A stretch of 64,000 nucleotides of DNA from Candidatus Wirthbacteria bacterium (GTDB lineage: Bacteria; Patescibacteriota; CG2-30-54-11), in NCBI GenBank assembly GCA_903889905.1, contig CAISZI010000048.1, forward strand, positions 70,668 through 134,667. The letters are read 5' to 3'. The position numbers were made by a program, and so were the translations under genes. Shown here one piece after another: positions 9,724 through 19,991 of this stretch (position 1 is its first letter; each line of letters opens with the position of its first letter). Below the pieces are notes generated by a model. It saw only the letters and a program-made list of their open reading frames with translations. It was not told the DNA's origin and ran no database searches.

Positions 9724-10460
9724 TGACTGCTTTGTGTGTAAGTCTGGATGGAGGTATTTGACTCGTATGAATAGGAATGAACATCATGTTCGATTCGAGT
9801 GGTCTTGCTGCTGGCATCGGTCGTCGTAGTTGTCGTGTCGGATTCCTGTCTGATGCTGGCATGCGACGGCGTCGCTCCAAGCAAGGCAGGTTCCAATTGC
9901 AGATGAACCTGGTTAGAAATAGCCAGCATGTCGGCATGGATTTGCCCTGCCATCTTCTGTATATCGCTCAGCTGTGACTGAAATGATAGTTGCGGAGCAC
10001 CACAGACTGAATTCCCCTGCCCCAATGCGTCAAAGTACTTCACCATGTCAGATTTGAGGGTATTGATCAGCGTTTGCAATTGCATCAGCGCCGCATTAAT
10101 TTGAGTTGTATCAACGCCCTGCAGTTGCAACTCTGTCATCAATGTGCTGGCCTGATTCCAGACCTGCTGATACGTACTCAGATGCTGATCGCGCAGCGTT
10201 TGTTGCTGCTGATCAAGCTGATTGAGTCTGGTTTGAATGAGCGCACATTGATGTTGCCAGGCATTGTTAATCTGCTGTTCAGCATTTGCCTGCAGCTGCT
10301 GCGCCTGGGCCTGCATTTCCTGGATTTTGAGCTTGGCCTGATCCAGTGTCTGCTGTGCACTCTTCGGTTCCAATGTCTGCCCAGATACACCCACAGGAAA
10401 TGCGACAGTAAACACGAGTGCGCCAGAAAACAATACGGTTAATATTTCTTTTAGTTTCAT
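9720..10460 (-). CDS. secreted Gln-rich coiled-coil protein
   Basis: Start set at MKLKEIL (GAGG 8 nt upstream) rather than the tracked upstream ATG. Signal peptide, then heptad-like Q/L-rich segments (QAQAQQLQANAEQQ...) and a Ser/Thr-rich tail. Confidence 0.45.
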   Translation of the reverse strand: MKLKEILTVLFSGALVFTVAFPVGVSGQTLEPKSAQQTLDQAKLKIQEMQAQAQQLQANAEQQINNAWQHQCALIQTRLNQLDQQQQTLRDQHLSTYQQVWNQASTLMTELQLQGVDTTQINAALMQLQTLINTLKSDMVKYFDALGQGNSVCGAPQLSFQSQLSDIQKMAGQIHADMLAISNQVHLQLEPALLGATPSHASIRQESDTTTTTTDASSKTTRIEHDVHSYSYESNTSIQTYTQSSQ

Positions 10461-10602
10461 TTTTTTGCCTCGTATAAGCTTAACTTGTATCATTTTAGTA
10501 CTTAGTAAATTATTTTACAACTGCTTAACAACCAAGCCGTGGGCAATGGCTGTCAAATATGATAAATTATATTTTAGAAATGTTCCTACTGGAAATATTC
10601 CC

Positions 10603-12082
10603 CATGCCAAAATCCCCAACAACAATAATCATCATTGGCGCTGGGTTAAGCGGCCTGGCGTCTGCCTCACTGCTCGCCAGGCAGGGATTTGACGTCACCG
10701 TGTTGGAAAAAAACGACCAGATTGGCGGACGTGTCAGTGTTTGGAAACAGGATGGCTTTGTCTTCGACCTTGGGCCTTCGTGGTACATGATGACGGATGT
10801 TTTTGAACAATTTTTCGCACAATTTGGTCAAAGCACCAAAGATTATTTCACGACCAAGCGCCTCGATCCGTCGTATCGCGTCTGGTTTGAAGATGAACAC
10901 ATTGATGTGCAGGCCGGATTCGAACCGAACCGTGCCGTCTTCGACAGGCTGGAACCCAAGGGTGCGGTCAAAGTCAAAAAATATCTTCAGCTCTCTCACT
11001 ACCTCTATGACAAAGTCATGGGTGAACTGCTCATGAAAGAATACCGATCTGTCATCGATCTCATTCAACCTGGCCTGATTGTGGACACGCTCAAGCATGG
11101 GCTACTCCGCAGTTACGACGCCTTGATCAAAGCCGATATCCGCAATCCCAAACTGCAACGTATGTTACTGTGGCCAACCGTTTTCCTTGGCGGCACTCCC
11201 AAGCTGACACCCGCCTTGTACGCCATGATGGGCCACATTGACTATAACCTCGGGACGCATTACCCCATGGGGGGAATGGGAAAAATTTCTACTGCCCTCT
11301 ATCAGCTGGCTCTTTCTCAAGGCGTAAAATTCAAACTCAATCATGAAGTAACTCGTCTCAATGTTGACCATGACCAAATCACCAGTGTCACCACGGCAAA
11401 CGGAGAGTTTACGGCAGACATGGTCCTGGGCAGTGCGGAATATCATCACATTGAAACCGAACTGCTGGATCGAACGCATCAGAGTTACCCACAGTCCTGG
11501 TGGAACAAACAAAAAATCGGGCCAGCCACTGTTTTGTTTTACCTGGGTGTGAACAAAAAGCTCCGCAACATACGCCATCATAATTACTTTTTTTCACCCG
11601 CGTGGGACGAACACTTTGTCACGATTGAACAAACCAAAACCTGGCCCACCAATCCTTCTTACTACGTTTGTGCCGGTTCCGTCACTGATCCAGCCGTGGC
11701 ACCCAAAGGCTGTGAAAATCTCTTTGTCCTGGTACCAGTCGCGGCCGGATTGGACGACAGTGATGCAATCAGGGAAAAACTCTACAACGACGTGCTGGGA
11801 CATTTTGAAAATATTATTGGTGAACCGATCCGTCCGCATGTCACAGTCAAACGCATTGCCAGCCACCGCGATCAGATTTCACTTTATCATTCCTATCTGG
11901 GCTCAGCGCTTGGACTGTCGCACAGCCTGTGGCAGACCGCTATTTTTCGCCCCAGCCACCGCAGCCGCAAAGTAAAAAATTTGTTCTATACCGGCCACGA
12001 TACCCACCCCGGCATTGGTATGCCCATGGTATTGATTTCAGCCCAGATTGTCGCCAAAATCATGGGAGGTCAACATGAGTGA
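10603..12082 (+). CDS. crtI: phytoene desaturase (CrtI family FAD-dependent oxidoreductase)
   Basis: N-terminal dinucleotide-binding motif IIIGAGLSGLASASLLARQGFDVTVLEKNDQIGGR. Length (~493 aa) and C-terminal motifs match CrtI. Start placed at MPKSPTT. Confidence 0.8.
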
Positions 12083-12899
12083 GACCTCCAATTTCGACCA
12101 GATATTCCGGACTGGCAGCCGCACATTTTTTTATAGCAGCCTTTTTTTCCCTCCGGAAATCAAGCAGGATGTATTTGAGCTTTATGCCTTTGTCCGTACT
12201 GCCGATAACTATGTCGATCGTGTCCCGGCGCAGTCACACGGCTTGGAGTCGTTTCATGCCCACTATCTCAAAGCGACTCATGGCGAAATTTCGGGCAATC
12301 CCGTGGTGGATCAGTTTGTCAAACTCAGTCGCAAACGCAACTTTGATCCACTCTGGATAGACGCTTTTTTTGACAGTATGATGTCTGACCTGGTTCCTGT
12401 TCCATGCGCGACGCTGGATGACACCCTCAAATATATCTACGGTTCTGCCGAAGTAGTGGGGTTGATGATGTGCAAAATTCTCAGTCTGCCCGAGATCGCC
12501 TATCCCGCCGCCAGGGCACTGGGTAAAGCCTACCAATACATCAATTTTATCCGCGATATTGCCGAAGATTTGTCCCTCGGTCGCCAATATCTGCCAACCG
12601 ACCATCTGCGTCAATTTGGCTTAACGAGTTTAAACCAGGCGGAAACCAGGCATCATGCCGACGCCTTCCAAAAACTCATGCTTTTTGAACTCGAGCTGTT
12701 CGATGAGTGGTTAAATCAAGGCGAACAGGGGTACCAATACATTCCGCGCCGCTACCGCATCCCCATTGCCACAGCCTCGGCCATGTATGCCTGGACGGGC
12801 AAACAAATCAGGCAAAATCCATTTGTTGTCTATGAGCGAAAAGTCAAACCCTCCACGCTGCGGGTGGTAACTTCAGGACTCAAACATTTGCTTACCTAA
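12075..12899 (+). CDS. crtB: phytoene synthase (squalene/phytoene synthase family)
   Basis: Aspartate-rich motif region ELYAFVRTADNYVD and second motif YQYINFIRDIAEDLSLGRQYLP. Start ATGAGTGAG overlaps the crtI stop by 8 nt. Confidence 0.8.
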   Translation: MSETSNFDQIFRTGSRTFFYSSLFFPPEIKQDVFELYAFVRTADNYVDRVPAQSHGLESFHAHYLKATHGEISGNPVVDQFVKLSRKRNFDPLWIDAFFDSMMSDLVPVPCATLDDTLKYIYGSAEVVGLMMCKILSLPEIAYPAARALGKAYQYINFIRDIAEDLSLGRQYLPTDHLRQFGLTSLNQAETRHHADAFQKLMLFELELFDEWLNQGEQGYQYIPRRYRIPIATASAMYAWTGKQIRQNPFVVYERKVKPSTLRVVTSGLKHLLT

Positions 12900-12940
12900 A
12901 AAAGTCGCAATTCCAATTTTCAATCAATGCGCAGGCAATC

Positions 12941-13648
12941 ATGGTCACCTACCTACTGATCAACTTTTTAACCATTATCTTCCCCCTGGTATTTTCCTTT
13001 GAACGCAAACATCTGCACTTTTTGACCAAATGGAAATATCTATTTCCAGCAATTTTACTGATCTCCATACCCTTCATCTGGTGGGACCAATATTTTGCGA
13101 CCAAAGGCATTTGGGGTTTTAACTCGCATTACCTGATCGGCCTTTATCTCGGCAAACTGCCAGTGGAGGAGATTCTGTTTTTCCTGTGTATTCCTTTTTC
13201 CAGTTTGTTTATCTATGAAGTGGTCAAATATCGGCTGCCCAACCTCAAACTGACGTTAGCCTTTGAAATTACTTATCTGATGCTGGCCTCACTTCTGCTA
13301 GGAGTATCGATTGGCAATGTCGACCTGATGTATACCGAAGTCGCTTTCTCGCTGTTGACACTGCTGATTGCCTGCCAGGTACTGCTCCTAAAGTCAGACT
13401 ATCTGGCACATTTCATGGTAACTTTCGCGCTTTCGCTTATCCCGTTTCTGATCGTCAATGGCATCCTCACCAATGGCCTGCCCTGGATCGACCATCAACC
13501 CATTGTCTGGTACAACAACAACTACAACCTCGGCATCCGGATGCTGGGTATTCCGCTCGAAGATTTCGCCTATTCCATGTTACTGCTGCTCGGCAATGTC
13601 ACCGTCTATGAATGGCTGCAAAGCCGACTCAAGCTCAAACAAGGCTAA
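12941..13648 (+). CDS. lycopene cyclase domain protein (fused CrtYcd-type, ~235 aa integral membrane)
   Basis: Highly hydrophobic 235-aa ORF with about six TM helices. It sits directly downstream of crtI-crtB, and its size and topology match lycopene-cyclase-domain proteins. Confidence 0.6.
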   Translation: MVTYLLINFLTIIFPLVFSFERKHLHFLTKWKYLFPAILLISIPFIWWDQYFATKGIWGFNSHYLIGLYLGKLPVEEILFFLCIPFSSLFIYEVVKYRLPNLKLTLAFEITYLMLASLLLGVSIGNVDLMYTEVAFSLLTLLIACQVLLLKSDYLAHFMVTFALSLIPFLIVNGILTNGLPWIDHQPIVWYNNNYNLGIRMLGIPLEDFAYSMLLLLGNVTVYEWLQSRLKLKQG

Positions 13649-14166
13649 CCTTGTTTGGACTGCTGTTTCTGCAAATCCATCTTGACGCCACGATACTGCC
13701 ACGCCATCAATGCATTCATGCCAAACACAATCCCAAAACTGAGAATGGATGAAAAAATAGCGGTGTTCAAATACTGCTGCCCAATCAGTTTAAAAACCTG
13801 CGCGATGCCCAGGCTGACGCCCCAGATGAACAGGTACCAGATACTGTTTCGTGTCATCACTTTGCCGTCTTGTGAATAGATCCGAACCGTGAAAGCCCAC
13901 ACCACACCAACCATCAATCCTAACCCGCCATAAAGCAAATAATTACCCTGTGAGACCGTAATTTTGGACAGATACAAAAAAATTCCAAGCGACGCAGCAC
14001 TCAAAACAATACCAACCACCAGCCGCTTGAGCTTGAATTCTTCCGCTTTTTTGATGCTTTTCCAGATGCGCAGCAATGATAGCAGCAAAAAAACCACGCT
14101 GAGCATACCCAAGATGCGAAAGACCCAGGTGATCACCTGATAAAACGTAATTTGCAAATTAGACAT
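13645..14166 (-). CDS. small 4-TM membrane protein (unknown function)
   Basis: Start moved to MSNLQITFYQ (14166) because the tracked 240-aa ORF would overlap the upstream gene by 209 nt. Four hydrophobic helices. Last gene of a three-gene minus-strand cluster. Confidence 0.4.
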   Translation of the reverse strand: MSNLQITFYQVITWVFRILGMLSVVFLLLSLLRIWKSIKKAEEFKLKRLVVGIVLSAASLGIFLYLSKITVSQGNYLLYGGLGLMVGVVWAFTVRIYSQDGKVMTRNSIWYLFIWGVSLGIAQVFKLIGQQYLNTAIFSSILSFGIVFGMNALMAWQYRGVKMDLQKQQSKQG

Positions 14167-15376
14167 CTTGTTTGGCTCCACATTCACGGCAAAATTTGGC
14201 GCCAACAGGCAGTGGCTGGTGGCACTGTTTACACTGATTCGCGGCTGGCTTGGCTGGCTCGATTGGCATTGCTTGAAGCGCATCAAGCTTTGTCCCGCAA
14301 GCACGGCAGAACTTGGCATTGGTTGGCAAATCAGCGCCACACTTCGGACACTTGGAGGCCTCAACAAAATTCGACTGGGCTTCGGTTTTTGACGCTGCCG
14401 CGGGTCCGGTTGGCTCTACTGACTGAGCAGCAACGGATGCTGCAGGTGCTTCCGTTTTGATCCCCAACGCATCGCCAAACTGCGTCATAAAACTGTCGGC
14501 CGACAGTGTCACCATACTGATCATGACCGTGGCCTGAATCATATCAACTGACTTCAAGAGCAGTGCGGGAAGCTGTCCTGGTATCACTTGCTGCACCACA
14601 AGTTCTTTATCCCCCTGCCACAGCATGAGTGTACGCAGACCGGCGTTGGGGGCAAGGTCGGTGCGCGTGATCTGAGCATAACGGTTTTGAGCACGGATTG
14701 CTTTGAAAGCGGCAAGTGAAGGACCAAACGAATATTGATCTCCAGATTTAATCAGCACTTTGTTGACTACCAGCCGATCCAGCACACCCGAGGCATCCTG
14801 TGGTACCAGGTTGGCATACATTTGCGCAAAAGCCTGTTGGGTTGCGTTATTTGCCGTCGGGCTGAGCTCGGTGGCCCCAAACGATGTCTTACCCAGGTTC
14901 AACATGGCCGAGAGCACAGGAATTTCATCACCTTTGAAGGCCAGTTCCCATGACTGCGCTGCACCAGCAATTAAATCTTTCAATACAAACCCGCGCAGCA
15001 TTTCTTCGGTATAAGGACCGTTGACCAGATAAGTATTCGCTGCGGTAGTCAGTAATTCAAAAAAAGTGTGTTTGTGTCCGTAAAAATAGCGCCGTTCCTG
15101 CCCTTTGGGCCCGACGAAATACATTTCCAAAATCGACAGCGGCTTAGCCAAAATGCCCATTGCGGCCACCGTCACCTCGCCAACCGTAAGCTCAGCTGCT
15201 TTGGTCCCAATCATGACGCCACCTTTTTTGAGTCCCGCCATCACTTTTTTCTGATGTGTCGCCGCCAGCGCTTTGTCAGCAGCCACTTCCTTAAGTGGTG
15301 ACAAGCTGGCTGGCATCAACTTGAGGTGGTCCAGCAAAAATTTGAGTTCATCGCGCTGCAAAACAATGTTAATCAT
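14159..15376 (-). CDS. cytoplasmic protein with C-terminal tandem zinc ribbons
   Basis: 405-aa ORF. C-terminus has CPKCGADLPTNAKFCRACG and CKQCHQPLPVGAKFCRECG (two Cys4 ribbons). The N-terminal 330 aa are unassigned. Confidence 0.45.
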   Translation of the reverse strand: MINIVLQRDELKFLLDHLKLMPASLSPLKEVAADKALAATHQKKVMAGLKKGGVMIGTKAAELTVGEVTVAAMGILAKPLSILEMYFVGPKGQERRYFYGHKHTFFELLTTAANTYLVNGPYTEEMLRGFVLKDLIAGAAQSWELAFKGDEIPVLSAMLNLGKTSFGATELSPTANNATQQAFAQMYANLVPQDASGVLDRLVVNKVLIKSGDQYSFGPSLAAFKAIRAQNRYAQITRTDLAPNAGLRTLMLWQGDKELVVQQVIPGQLPALLLKSVDMIQATVMISMVTLSADSFMTQFGDALGIKTEAPAASVAAQSVEPTGPAAASKTEAQSNFVEASKCPKCGADLPTNAKFCRACGTKLDALQAMPIEPAKPAANQCKQCHQPLPVGAKFCRECGAKQDV

Positions 15377-15392
15377 GGTGTCCCCTGTTTAT

Positions 15393-17279
15393 TTAAAACC
15401 AGCTGGCGATTTTCTCGCCCAGCCAGCTGTAGCGCGCGACGCGACCAACGTCTGCACCAAACTCTACTGCTCCGCCGATCACTCCGCCATTTTCCTCGTA
15501 GTAACTACCGGCTAGTTGAGAGCCTTCCTTATATCCTGTTCCGATATTCCCTAGCGAAGCCTCAGCGTCATCGCCGACATTTTCCGAAAGTTGTTGCCAA
15601 TCCTTGCGGTCAAACTTGGTGATGATGCGTGATGTGTCCTTGAGTACGCCGCCGACCTTGTCTTTGGTCGCCTGGACCAGGCCTTTGGCTTCGATGTCGC
15701 CGACTATATCGCCGGTGACTTCACCGAGTTCGGCATAGCCCCGCGGGACGCCTTTGCCAGCTTTGGCTTCTTCACCCAGGGCTTTGACATTGTCCCAGGC
15801 CACATCTTTCCAGGATCCGGTATCGTAAATACGTTTGGCGTCGGTATAAAAATCCTGCATCGTCTTGACCACGCCCACGTCCTCCATCGACGCCACGGTT
15901 TTGCCCAGTGTGTCACCAATATCAGCCCAGCCGCGCAGCATCGGACTGCTGTCACCGTCTTTGATTGACTGCGCATAATTATTAATTGGGTCCAGACTGC
16001 CTTCTCCCAGTGCCTGGCTTACGGCTCTGGTCACGTCGCCGATCGACTGAAAGGCTTGTTTAAATGTGTTGGATGGCAAATATTTTTGCAAACTTTCGGG
16101 CAAGATAATATTGGCAATCGCTTCCATATTGCCAGCACTTTTCCAACCCAGCTCGCTGATCCCGTCCATCATGGCGTTCGAACCAATGTTCATCAGTGAC
16201 GATAGACCAACGGATTGGAGCAGGTTATCACTATAGCCACTTTTTTCGTGCAGATCGTTGGCGTCATTCATGATGTTGAGGATATTCATGGACTGCTTGA
16301 AAACGCCTTTGAGCATGGGATTTTCGTTGGCCGGGTCTTTCGACCACTGCAGATTGTCTTCGGCCAGGCCAATGGTGGTGGAGGTGAGCGGATCCATACT
16401 GACGCCCTCAAAGGGTTTGTTTACGGTTTTGATGTCGAGCAGTTTGTTAAAAAAGTCGCTGCCTGTGTCTTTGATTTTGAGCAAATCATTGAGCGTCCCA
16501 AACGGATTGATCGAACCATCCGGATCGCCAAACGCCAGCAGTGCCGAAGCTCCAAACAGTGACGACAAGGCAACGCCCGCTGCCGTGGTGGCCGTTGTCG
16601 TGGCTTCATCTTTGGCCGCATTGACTTTGGCGGCTTGTGCGCCAGGTTGTGAGTAACCCGTCGCGTCTTTTAAAACCGTACCCGCGCCTTCGGTCCAGTG
16701 ATTACGGCCACCGGTGGTGTCGGTTTCGATACTCCAGATAGCGCTTTGTAGATCATTGTGGCTGGCATCCGGATGCGCACGATACCAAATAAGTAGTGTC
16801 TTCAAATCAGGCCGGGTGGTGAGATCTTTGGTATCTCCACCAAAGGTAAAAATTTCGTCAGAGCCCGGAATGCCATTTCCCGAATCAATGCAAAACGCCT
16901 GCGCCACGACGTCTTTGGTCGCATGTGGATCCAGGTCAACCTCGGAATTGCCGGGCGTGTCTTTGACAAAAGCAACGCCCAGTCGCTGGCTGTGGCGGCC
17001 GTCAGGTGGCGTGAAGTAAGTCCCGACAATGTCGACGCGCTGATGATCCCCTGTTTTGTTGGTCAGCGACAGCGAGATGTCGGAATAATTTCCATTGGCT
17101 TTGGCCGTGACCGATACCTGGTTGTTTTTGATGGCTTTCGCCAGTGGTGTGGCTGAGGCGGCCTGGGCGCTGGAAAAACTCAACGCCACGCTTGTTATCA
17201 GTCCAACAATAAGCCAGATTGCCCCTGTCCTGCGTGCCAGACGCCGCCAGCGTTGATCAGATGCCATAAGTACCGCCAA
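15393..17279 (-). CDS. large secreted/membrane-associated protein of unknown function
   Basis: 628-aa ORF. Signal peptide (…LSFSSAQAASA), an N-terminal beta-rich domain, a central hydrophobic segment (AAGVALSSLFGASALLAFG), and a long G/D/K-rich C-terminal region. Confidence 0.45.
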   Translation of the reverse strand: MAVLMASDQRWRRLARRTGAIWLIVGLITSVALSFSSAQAASATPLAKAIKNNQVSVTAKANGNYSDISLSLTNKTGDHQRVDIVGTYFTPPDGRHSQRLGVAFVKDTPGNSEVDLDPHATKDVVAQAFCIDSGNGIPGSDEIFTFGGDTKDLTTRPDLKTLLIWYRAHPDASHNDLQSAIWSIETDTTGGRNHWTEGAGTVLKDATGYSQPGAQAAKVNAAKDEATTTATTAAGVALSSLFGASALLAFGDPDGSINPFGTLNDLLKIKDTGSDFFNKLLDIKTVNKPFEGVSMDPLTSTTIGLAEDNLQWSKDPANENPMLKGVFKQSMNILNIMNDANDLHEKSGYSDNLLQSVGLSSLMNIGSNAMMDGISELGWKSAGNMEAIANIILPESLQKYLPSNTFKQAFQSIGDVTRAVSQALGEGSLDPINNYAQSIKDGDSSPMLRGWADIGDTLGKTVASMEDVGVVKTMQDFYTDAKRIYDTGSWKDVAWDNVKALGEEAKAGKGVPRGYAELGEVTGDIVGDIEAKGLVQATKDKVGGVLKDTSRIITKFDRKDWQQLSENVGDDAEASLGNIGTGYKEGSQLAGSYYEENGGVIGGAVEFGADVGRVARYSWLGEKIASWF

Positions 17280-17325
17280 ACAATAATTGAACTAAATGCA
17301 ATGTAGCATAGTTAACACCCCCAGT

Positions 17326-18132
17326 TCAATTTACCAGCGCAGCGGTTTCCGGCTTGGTGCGCAAGCTACCCCAGATGATACTGACAATTTTTTCCAGAAT
17401 AATTAGAGCCACGGTGAGCACTTCAAAACAGATCAGCGTCCACTCAAACCCGGCCTTGGTCACCCAGTTGAGGTTGAACGCGACCAAGGGGTAACAAACC
17501 AGATAAAGCAAAACATCGCGTTTGGTGTGTTTTTTGTGAATAATCACTTCCATTGCGCCCGTTAAAGCCGCACCAATCGACGCGTATAGATCGAGGAGCG
17601 CACTTGGTTTGGTCAAATCCACCATACGATTAATGACCGGGATATAACTATTGGTCACGAGCGGGAAAGCAGGCTCCTGCACAAACGGATACAATCTTGC
17701 CTGCACGGTTTCTGGACTAAAATGAGTGACAAAAATAACATGGACGGCATAGGCATTCATGATAAAAAAACAGGTATTAAACCACAGAAACACAAGTGCC
17801 CATTTGTAACGTGATAGCAATACCCGTTGTTTGGTTTTCCGCTCAATTGAATTGTCGATTTCACTGATTCTGTTATTCAGCTTCTCGGCGTCGTGAATCT
17901 GTTTGTCAGCCCGCAGCCCCATAATGCGCAAAGGATACATGATGGCACGCAAAATGACGGCAAAGAAAACACTGGCCAGCCGCATGTCCCCAAACCAGTT
18001 GTAGCCAATAAACACCAGGTTAAAGGCAAAATCATGCCAATACGGGTAACCAAAAACAACCACCAGGAGCAGAACCAAAAAAATCCAGGCATTCACGCCT
18101 TTCTTTTTTTCGGGTTCGACCAATATGCTCAT
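17326..18132 (-). CDS. yidC: YidC/Oxa1-family membrane protein insertase (short form)
   Basis: Start at MSILVEP (GAGGG upstream). Core resembles YidC TM2 and the cytoplasmic coiled region (ILRAIMYPLRIMGLRADKQIHDAEKLNNRISEI...), with 5 TM helices. Confidence 0.45.
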   Translation of the reverse strand: MSILVEPEKKKGVNAWIFLVLLLVVVFGYPYWHDFAFNLVFIGYNWFGDMRLASVFFAVILRAIMYPLRIMGLRADKQIHDAEKLNNRISEIDNSIERKTKQRVLLSRYKWALVFLWFNTCFFIMNAYAVHVIFVTHFSPETVQARLYPFVQEPAFPLVTNSYIPVINRMVDLTKPSALLDLYASIGAALTGAMEVIIHKKHTKRDVLLYLVCYPLVAFNLNWVTKAGFEWTLICFEVLTVALIILEKIVSIIWGSLRTKPETAALVN

Positions 18133-18266
18133 ATTCCCTCGCAAAAAACAAAAGAATCCCAAAAAATATAACGCCTAACCCCGTTTTGGGCAAATAAACC
18201 CAATATTTTCTTTTCGCTCTAACTCACTTATACTGACAATTGTTTAATCTCCCTTAGGAGCATCCC

Positions 18267-18839
18267 ATGGCTTTTTGCACCAACTGTGGTCAGGAAATTG
18301 GCAGCGCTGACCCTTTTTGTCTCCACTGCGGTACCGCCCAGCAACCCTCTGCACCAGTAGCTCCCAATACCAAGCCTGTTTTTGATCCGACCCCACCCGC
18401 GGCTTCCACCCCCACATCGAACAGCAATCCAGAAACACCGCCACCGCCGCTCCCAACGCCACCAGTGACCCAACCCTCAACCGCTGCCCCCAAACGTCGT
18501 GGACACGGTTGTCTGATCTTTGTTTTGCTCATTGTGGCTGGACTGATTGCCTTGGGCGGGTATGCCTACTACGACTTCGACCACAACAGTAAAACCAACG
18601 AAAACATGGCGGATTACTGGATGCATAAACTTAATCATGAGGACACCAGAGTAACTCCCGGCGTATCGTCTAACGCCAATACCACCTCTCCCACAGCAAA
18701 TGGACCAACGCTGACTGCCAAAACCAATGGCGACCAGGTCAGCAGTGATGGCAAAACGTATTTCCTCATCGATAGTGCAGCCAAACTTTACTACAACCCG
18801 ACGGACAAGCAGTTTTACACAAAAACGGCAGCAGCATGA
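18267..18839 (+). CDS. zinc-ribbon/Pro-rich/TM membrane protein
   Basis: N-terminal CTNCGQEIGSADPFCLHCG zinc ribbon, Pro-rich linker, one TM helix (CLIFVLLIVAGLIALGGYAYY), extracytoplasmic domain. Confidence 0.4.
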   Translation: MAFCTNCGQEIGSADPFCLHCGTAQQPSAPVAPNTKPVFDPTPPAASTPTSNSNPETPPPPLPTPPVTQPSTAAPKRRGHGCLIFVLLIVAGLIALGGYAYYDFDHNSKTNENMADYWMHKLNHEDTRVTPGVSSNANTTSPTANGPTLTAKTNGDQVSSDGKTYFLIDSAAKLYYNPTDKQFYTKTAAA

Positions 18840-19258
18840 AAGCCACGGTCGTTGCTGACCGTTTCGTCTTCTACAACGATATTCAGCATTTCCTGCTGGT
18901 TTTTCCGGAGAGCTGGAAAGGCTACAAAGTTGTCTCCTCTAGCGAAACCGACGCTTCACTGACTGATCCTGACACGCTGATCACTTTTTCCCTGCCTTCG
19001 GCAGACACCACATTGGCGGAGTCCACCGGTTATGCCAATATCCTGAAACTCGCGATTTTTAGCCAAAACGACTACCTCAACGTGGTTGAGCCGCAAATGC
19101 AAAATACTGACGGCGTCGTGCTGGCTGGGATTGTTGGCAATTTTGGCTTTGTCTTTTCACCCGCACCAACCGAAAAAACAGCCTCCGACCACATCGACCA
19201 GGCCAGTGCGATACCAGACATTATCAAAACACTCAGCGCCCACACACCAGGCAACTAA
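18836..19258 (+). CDS. hypothetical protein, translationally coupled to the zinc-ribbon membrane protein
   Basis: 140-aa ORF whose start overlaps the upstream stop (ATGA). Confidence 0.35.
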   Translation: MKATVVADRFVFYNDIQHFLLVFPESWKGYKVVSSSETDASLTDPDTLITFSLPSADTTLAESTGYANILKLAIFSQNDYLNVVEPQMQNTDGVVLAGIVGNFGFVFSPAPTEKTASDHIDQASAIPDIIKTLSAHTPGN

Positions 19259-19944
19259 ACGAATTTAGTGACGCAAAAATACTGAAACGTCCGTCCCATC
19301 CGTTCCCACTTGCGCGCATACTTGCTCTTGGGGTAATCCGCAGGGGGCAGACTTACTGTGACTGCAATTTTAGCTGCACAAAGCGTTTGCACCTGCTGCA
19401 GGGCAAAGCTGTAAATTTCCTGATGGTCGCTGATAAAATGAATCTCACCACCCGGTTCGAGCCGGCGCAAACACAGCTGCCAGAATTCCACCGTGTGCAT
19501 CCTGCGTTTAAAATGCCGCCGCTTATTCCAAGGGTCAGGAAAGTTCACAAAAATCGTCGCCAGGCTGGCATCAGCGATCAAAAAGTGCAGCACTTTCAAG
19601 GCATCGGCATGCAAGAATTTTATATTCGCCAAACCCAAAGTCCGGGCGTGACGAATGCCTTTGTTAATTTGTTCCCCCACGACTTCACTTCCTAGCACAA
19701 GCGTATCAGAATGCATCGTCGCCCACTGGTGTGTGAACTCGCCATTGCCGCAACCGATGTCTAGTGCGATTTGCTGATAACCTAATTTCCGGAAATCAAA
19801 GGCAAACGGAACTTTGTCAAACTCAAGCCGTGGTTTGCTAAAATTGTTGGCATCAAACTCCACCTGCTGTGCCGCCTTGACCATTGCCCCCAACTTGAGC
19901 ACAGTCCGCAACCGAAACTTCCAGTACTCACGCACATTTGACAA
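19255..19944 (-). CDS. trmB: tRNA (guanine46-N7)-methyltransferase
   Basis: SAM-binding motif ALDIGCGNGEF and FPDPW. Length 229 aa. Confidence 0.8.
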   Translation of the reverse strand: MSNVREYWKFRLRTVLKLGAMVKAAQQVEFDANNFSKPRLEFDKVPFAFDFRKLGYQQIALDIGCGNGEFTHQWATMHSDTLVLGSEVVGEQINKGIRHARTLGLANIKFLHADALKVLHFLIADASLATIFVNFPDPWNKRRHFKRRMHTVEFWQLCLRRLEPGGEIHFISDHQEIYSFALQQVQTLCAAKIAVTVSLPPADYPKSKYARKWERMGRTFQYFCVTKFV

Positions 19945-19991
19945 ACAAAATCCTCCTATCCTCCTTTAAAAAGGAGGAATAAGACTTAATC

